Assembly: GCF_001194135.2 (NCBI RefSeq)
Contig: NC_068982.1
Coordinates: 46,568,000 to 46,631,999 of the forward strand
DNA from: Octopus bimaculoides
Taxonomy: Eukaryota
Direction: 5' to 3'
Length of the DNA: 64,000 nt
Shown in pieces: positions 59,975 to 64,000 of this stretch. A program made the translations under genes and the position numbers. Position 1 is the first letter of the stretch; every line of letters starts with the position of its first letter. The notes below the pieces were generated by a model. It was not told the origin of the DNA and searched no databases. It saw only the letters and a list, made by a program, of their open reading frames with translations.

Positions 59975-60261
59975 TACATCTACATTTTCTTTATTTTGAT
60001 ATCTGATTGCTATCGGGTTTTTTATTCCTGGGTATTTCTTGTACATAGGTGCAGGTATGTCTGTGTGGTTAAGAAGCTTGCTTTACAGCCACATGGTCTT
60101 GGGTTCAGTCCCACTGTGCAGTACCTTGGGCAAATATTTTCTTCTTTTATAGCTCCAGGCTGATCAATGCCTTCTGAATTAATTGCATGTCTCCTGTTTG
60201 TCCACTTCTACCACTTGACAACCAATGTTAGTTTGTTTGCATCCTGTAACTAACTTAGTGA

Positions 60262-60815
60262 TTCAGCAAAAAACACACACACACAATAAGAACGAACACA
60301 CAGACAGAAAAGCACACACAAAGACACAGACACACAAAGAACGAACACACACACACACAGACAGAAAAGCACACACACAAACATAAAGAACGTACACGCA
60401 GACAGAAAAGCACACACAGACACACACACAAAGAACGTACACACAGACACACACACAAGAACGAACACGCAGACAGAAGCACACACACACAAAAAACGTA
60501 CACACAAACAGAAAAGCACACACGCAGAGAAACACAGACACAAAGAACGTACACGCAAACAGAAAAGCACACACACACACACATACACACAAAGAACATA
60601 CACGCAAACAGAAAAGCACACACACACACACACAACGTACACGCAAACTGAAAAGCACACACCCAGACACACACACATACACACAAAGAACGTACACACA
60701 GACAGAAAAGCAGATACATACACACATACACAGACACACACAAACACACAGACAGACACAAAGACCGTACACCAGACAAGAAAGCACACACACACAGAAA
60801 CACACACAGACCGAT
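60262..60815. repeat. Compound (CA)-rich minisatellite
   Basis: Recurrent CAGAAAAGCACACACAC and AAAGAACGTACAC modules separated by (CA)n. Confidence 0.9.
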
Positions 60816-61679
60816 AAAATTAGTACCACCATCATCATCATCATCATCATCATCATTGTCACTTAATGTTCATCTTCGATGCTGGCATGGGTTGGATAGT
60901 CTGACAAGAGCCAGCCAGGTAGAAGACTGCACCAGACTACTGTGTCTGTTTTGGAATGGTTTTCATAGCTAAATGCCCTTCCTATCACCAACCACCCCAT
61001 AGAGAGGACTGAGAGTTTTTTTTATGTAGCACCTGCACAGTCGAGGTCAGTTTTGGCATGGTTTTTACAGCTGGTTGCCCTTCCAAATGCCAGTCACTTC
61101 ACAGTGTGGACTGGATGCTTTTTATGTGGCACCAGCACCAGTAGAGTCAACAAGTAATTTGCAAGACAAGGAGTTTTGAGAGGGGAGGGAGAGCAGTCTT
61201 AAAAATATGTCCTAGACTTGATTTGTTTGACTAAACACCATGGTTGTAGTCCAATAACTAAAGCAAGTAAAAGACGAAAGGTATTTCTAAACTGGATTGT
61301 AACATCTAACTCAAAATTTCCAGAGCAAGCACCAGCAATTTTGTGGATAAAGACAACACTTTGTTTAGTTTAGAAATAAAAGATCTCAGTTCAAATTCAA
61401 ATTCAGGAATAAGGCCCCTGTTGTTGATCAGAGGTTGGCTTTAATGTCCACATTGCTTTGACATCCACTTTTTCATTTCATGTTTGCATAGGCTAGTCAG
61501 TGTTTGTTGAAGCAGATGTACAGCTGGATGCCTTTCCAGTCACCATCCTTCACCCATTTCCAAATAAGATAATATTTCCTCATTGCTAGACATACTTTTG
61601 CAGAATATTGGAAATGCATGATGCATGCTACTGCTTGTAAACTCTCATTTTGCAACTATCAGCGATGTCATGGAGAGAC

Positions 61680-61748
<69 letters not shown>

Positions 61749-62259
61749 TCTATACATATATAGTTTCTGTCTAGCAAATCCACCTACAAAGCTTTGGTAA
61801 ACCCAGGGTTATAGTGGTTAGAGTAGAAGACACTTGCCCAAAGGGCAATACAGTAGGACTGAACCAAGAACCATGTGATTAAGAAGCAAACTTCTTAACC
61901 AGACAGCTACATTTGTACCTGTTGTGAACATAAATATTGTAAATATACACTCTACAGATGAAATGGAAATTACAATTGTATAAAATGAACAATCAAAGTG
62001 TGACACAATTTATATCTTAACGAAGAACTGAAAGACAACTGACCCCCACCACCACCACCACCACTCCTTCTCTTGTATATGACTAATACTTATTTTAATG
62101 ATACTGTTGCAATGGAAGGTTAGTCAGGTACTAATCAATACAAATTTAGACATGAAATGTCTAATTGGATGAAGTATGTACAACCAACAGTTCAAAATAT
62201 TGATATTTCATATTTCTGGGCAGACAATTTCTTTTCTTTTACCATTTGCTGAATCTGGA

Positions 62260-62640
62260 GGAAGGGGCAGTGTGCCTGGCCTTCTCTGACTCTCTGAGGG
62301 TGACAAGATTAATATCATTAATGTTTCACTTAAACTGTTGCGAGTCAACACTGGTAGGAAACATAAGGGCAGAGAGTGAGGGGCTGATATTCCTGTGGGA
62401 AGGGTACTGGGAGTTGTGGTTAGTGCAAAACCTGAGGATTGAGCGCATATGGACGATGAGAAAGGGTGGAAAGATGAGTGAGTCAAGAGTACTTGAGTTG
62501 AGGTAGCACAAAATCAACTAGATCCAAAAAGCAAAGGAGACCATTTTAGTAGAGGTAGAAAAGGCAGAGAAAGTAGTCTGCATGTCTGTGAGTCAAAAGC
62601 TAGGATATATCTGTGAGTGGCCTTTCTCTGGATGTGGTTT
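62260..62640 (-). mobile_element. CR1-group LINE ORF2 3' remnant (second subfamily)
   Basis: The minus strand reads ILNHIQRKA...SSHPFS...FPTSVDSQQFK*NINDINL, resembling the ILDRIQRKA...LWNSLP..VFP...LQxFK..IN terminus. It is frameshifted. Confidence 0.55.
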
Positions 62641-63903
62641 AAGATGTCTGTGTGAGCAGAAGTCACACTCACAAATATAGGAGAAATACTCCACTAAAGA
62701 ACCCAATATTTATTCAATATTGCTTAAGTTTATCAATCTGCCAGATCAATCGAGATCTGCATATATGTATACACACATCTGTATACATATATTGTTTCTA
62801 TCTATCAAATCTATTTACAAGGCCTTGGTTAATCCAAGATTGTAGTACTAGACACTTGCTCGAAGTGCAAATCAATGGGCCTGAACTGAGAACCATGTAG
62901 TTGAGAAGCAAACCAGCTTGGTCAGCCAGAGGTTGTAGTAAAAGACAACAAGAAACTCTTAGACTATGAATTTTGTCATATACATAACTTTTGACAACCA
63001 TATCTTTTGTTTTTGCTGTACCTCAGGAGTGTCTGTGTCATACAAGCAAAGTATTTCTACAATGTTTGAATATAACTAGAAACAACCAGGATTTAAAAGT
63101 AAATGAAAAAACAAAACAACAAATTATGGAAGAAAAAAATACCAAAAAAAATAAAATGGAAAACAAAATGTCTGTCCAGAACAGTTGAAATTCCTTCACT
63201 AACTAACAAGCTATTGTCTTTTTATAATCAGGCATTATGCACAATCAATTCATCATACACAATATTTGTCCTTAACAGCAAGTGAAGGATAAACAACCTA
63301 GTTAATCAACAGACAGATTTGTTTTCATTACTGGATAGAGTGCGTGTGAGAGAGATGGGGGGATAAAAGTAGAGAAATATATAGAGACAGAGAAAGAGGA
63401 AAACGGAGAGAGACAGACAGTTAAACAAAGAGAGTAAGATACAAAAAAAAAATGGAAAGAAGAGACAACGTACTCTTACTCAGCTAAACAGGTAAGACAT
63501 CATTAATTTTTTGTTTCTTTTTCCAATAATGTTGTCATCTAATTTGTGTATTTTTTCCTGTAACTTTTTATCTCACTTCATAGATAACTTTAATAAGATT
63601 TAAAAACATTTGCTTTTCAGTTTGTAGTTTTTCATCTAATTTCTAGTCAAAATTATACCATACCTATTCAAAACAAACCAACTCGCCATGTTGGACCGTT
63701 GAACTTTACACAGTTTTTCTCTCTTCATTTTTTTCATTCTCTCCATTTTTTTCAGTCCCTTACCATTTTTTGCCTCTTAATCCCTTCTGTCGAAGAGCGT
63801 AGGCTCGAAACATTGAAGACTTTTCCATTTTTCCCAAGTGTTAAACTAATACACCTGCTTGTTGTTCCTACATCTGTCTTCGTCTTTAATTTTCTCTAAA
63901 TTT

Positions 63904-64000
<97 letters not shown>

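Noticed and set aside
5383-60862. YIYI, VCVC and THTH-repeat ORFs
   Set aside because: These are translations of (TA)n/(CA)n microsatellites and of the 60262-60815 minisatellite.

Overview
AT-rich eukaryotic genomic DNA from a gapped, scaffold-level assembly (12 N-runs), very dense in (TA)n/(CA)n microsatellites and SINEs. The repeat landscape suggests an octopod cephalopod (inference). The one confidently identifiable protein-coding feature is the terminal exon of a very compact Pygopus (NPFDD motif, then 51 aa, then a PHD finger; 29232-29690, +). A plausible upstream exon lies at 10359-10423. Most other sequence is mobile DNA: several tRNA-headed SINE families, an RTE-type 3' element with a (GAT)n tail, CR1, RTE and R4-Dong LINE fragments, a Penelope GIY-YIG fragment, piggyBac-, mariner- and hAT-type MITEs, a Merlin-type element with an 8-bp TSD, and a Helitron carrying tandem repeats plus a PIF1 helicase remnant. 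The most unexpected signal is a set of minimal hammerhead-ribozyme-like motifs. One sits inside a long foldback element (4862-4921), one is at 44033-44117, and four lie in two back-to-back hairpins (35694-36036). An E2F/YY1/NRF1 motif cluster at 45411-45512 suggests the promoter of an unidentified gene. Coordinates and alignments were worked out by eye, so repeat boundaries are approximate. No database searches or folding computations were run, and family labels A-F are my own.
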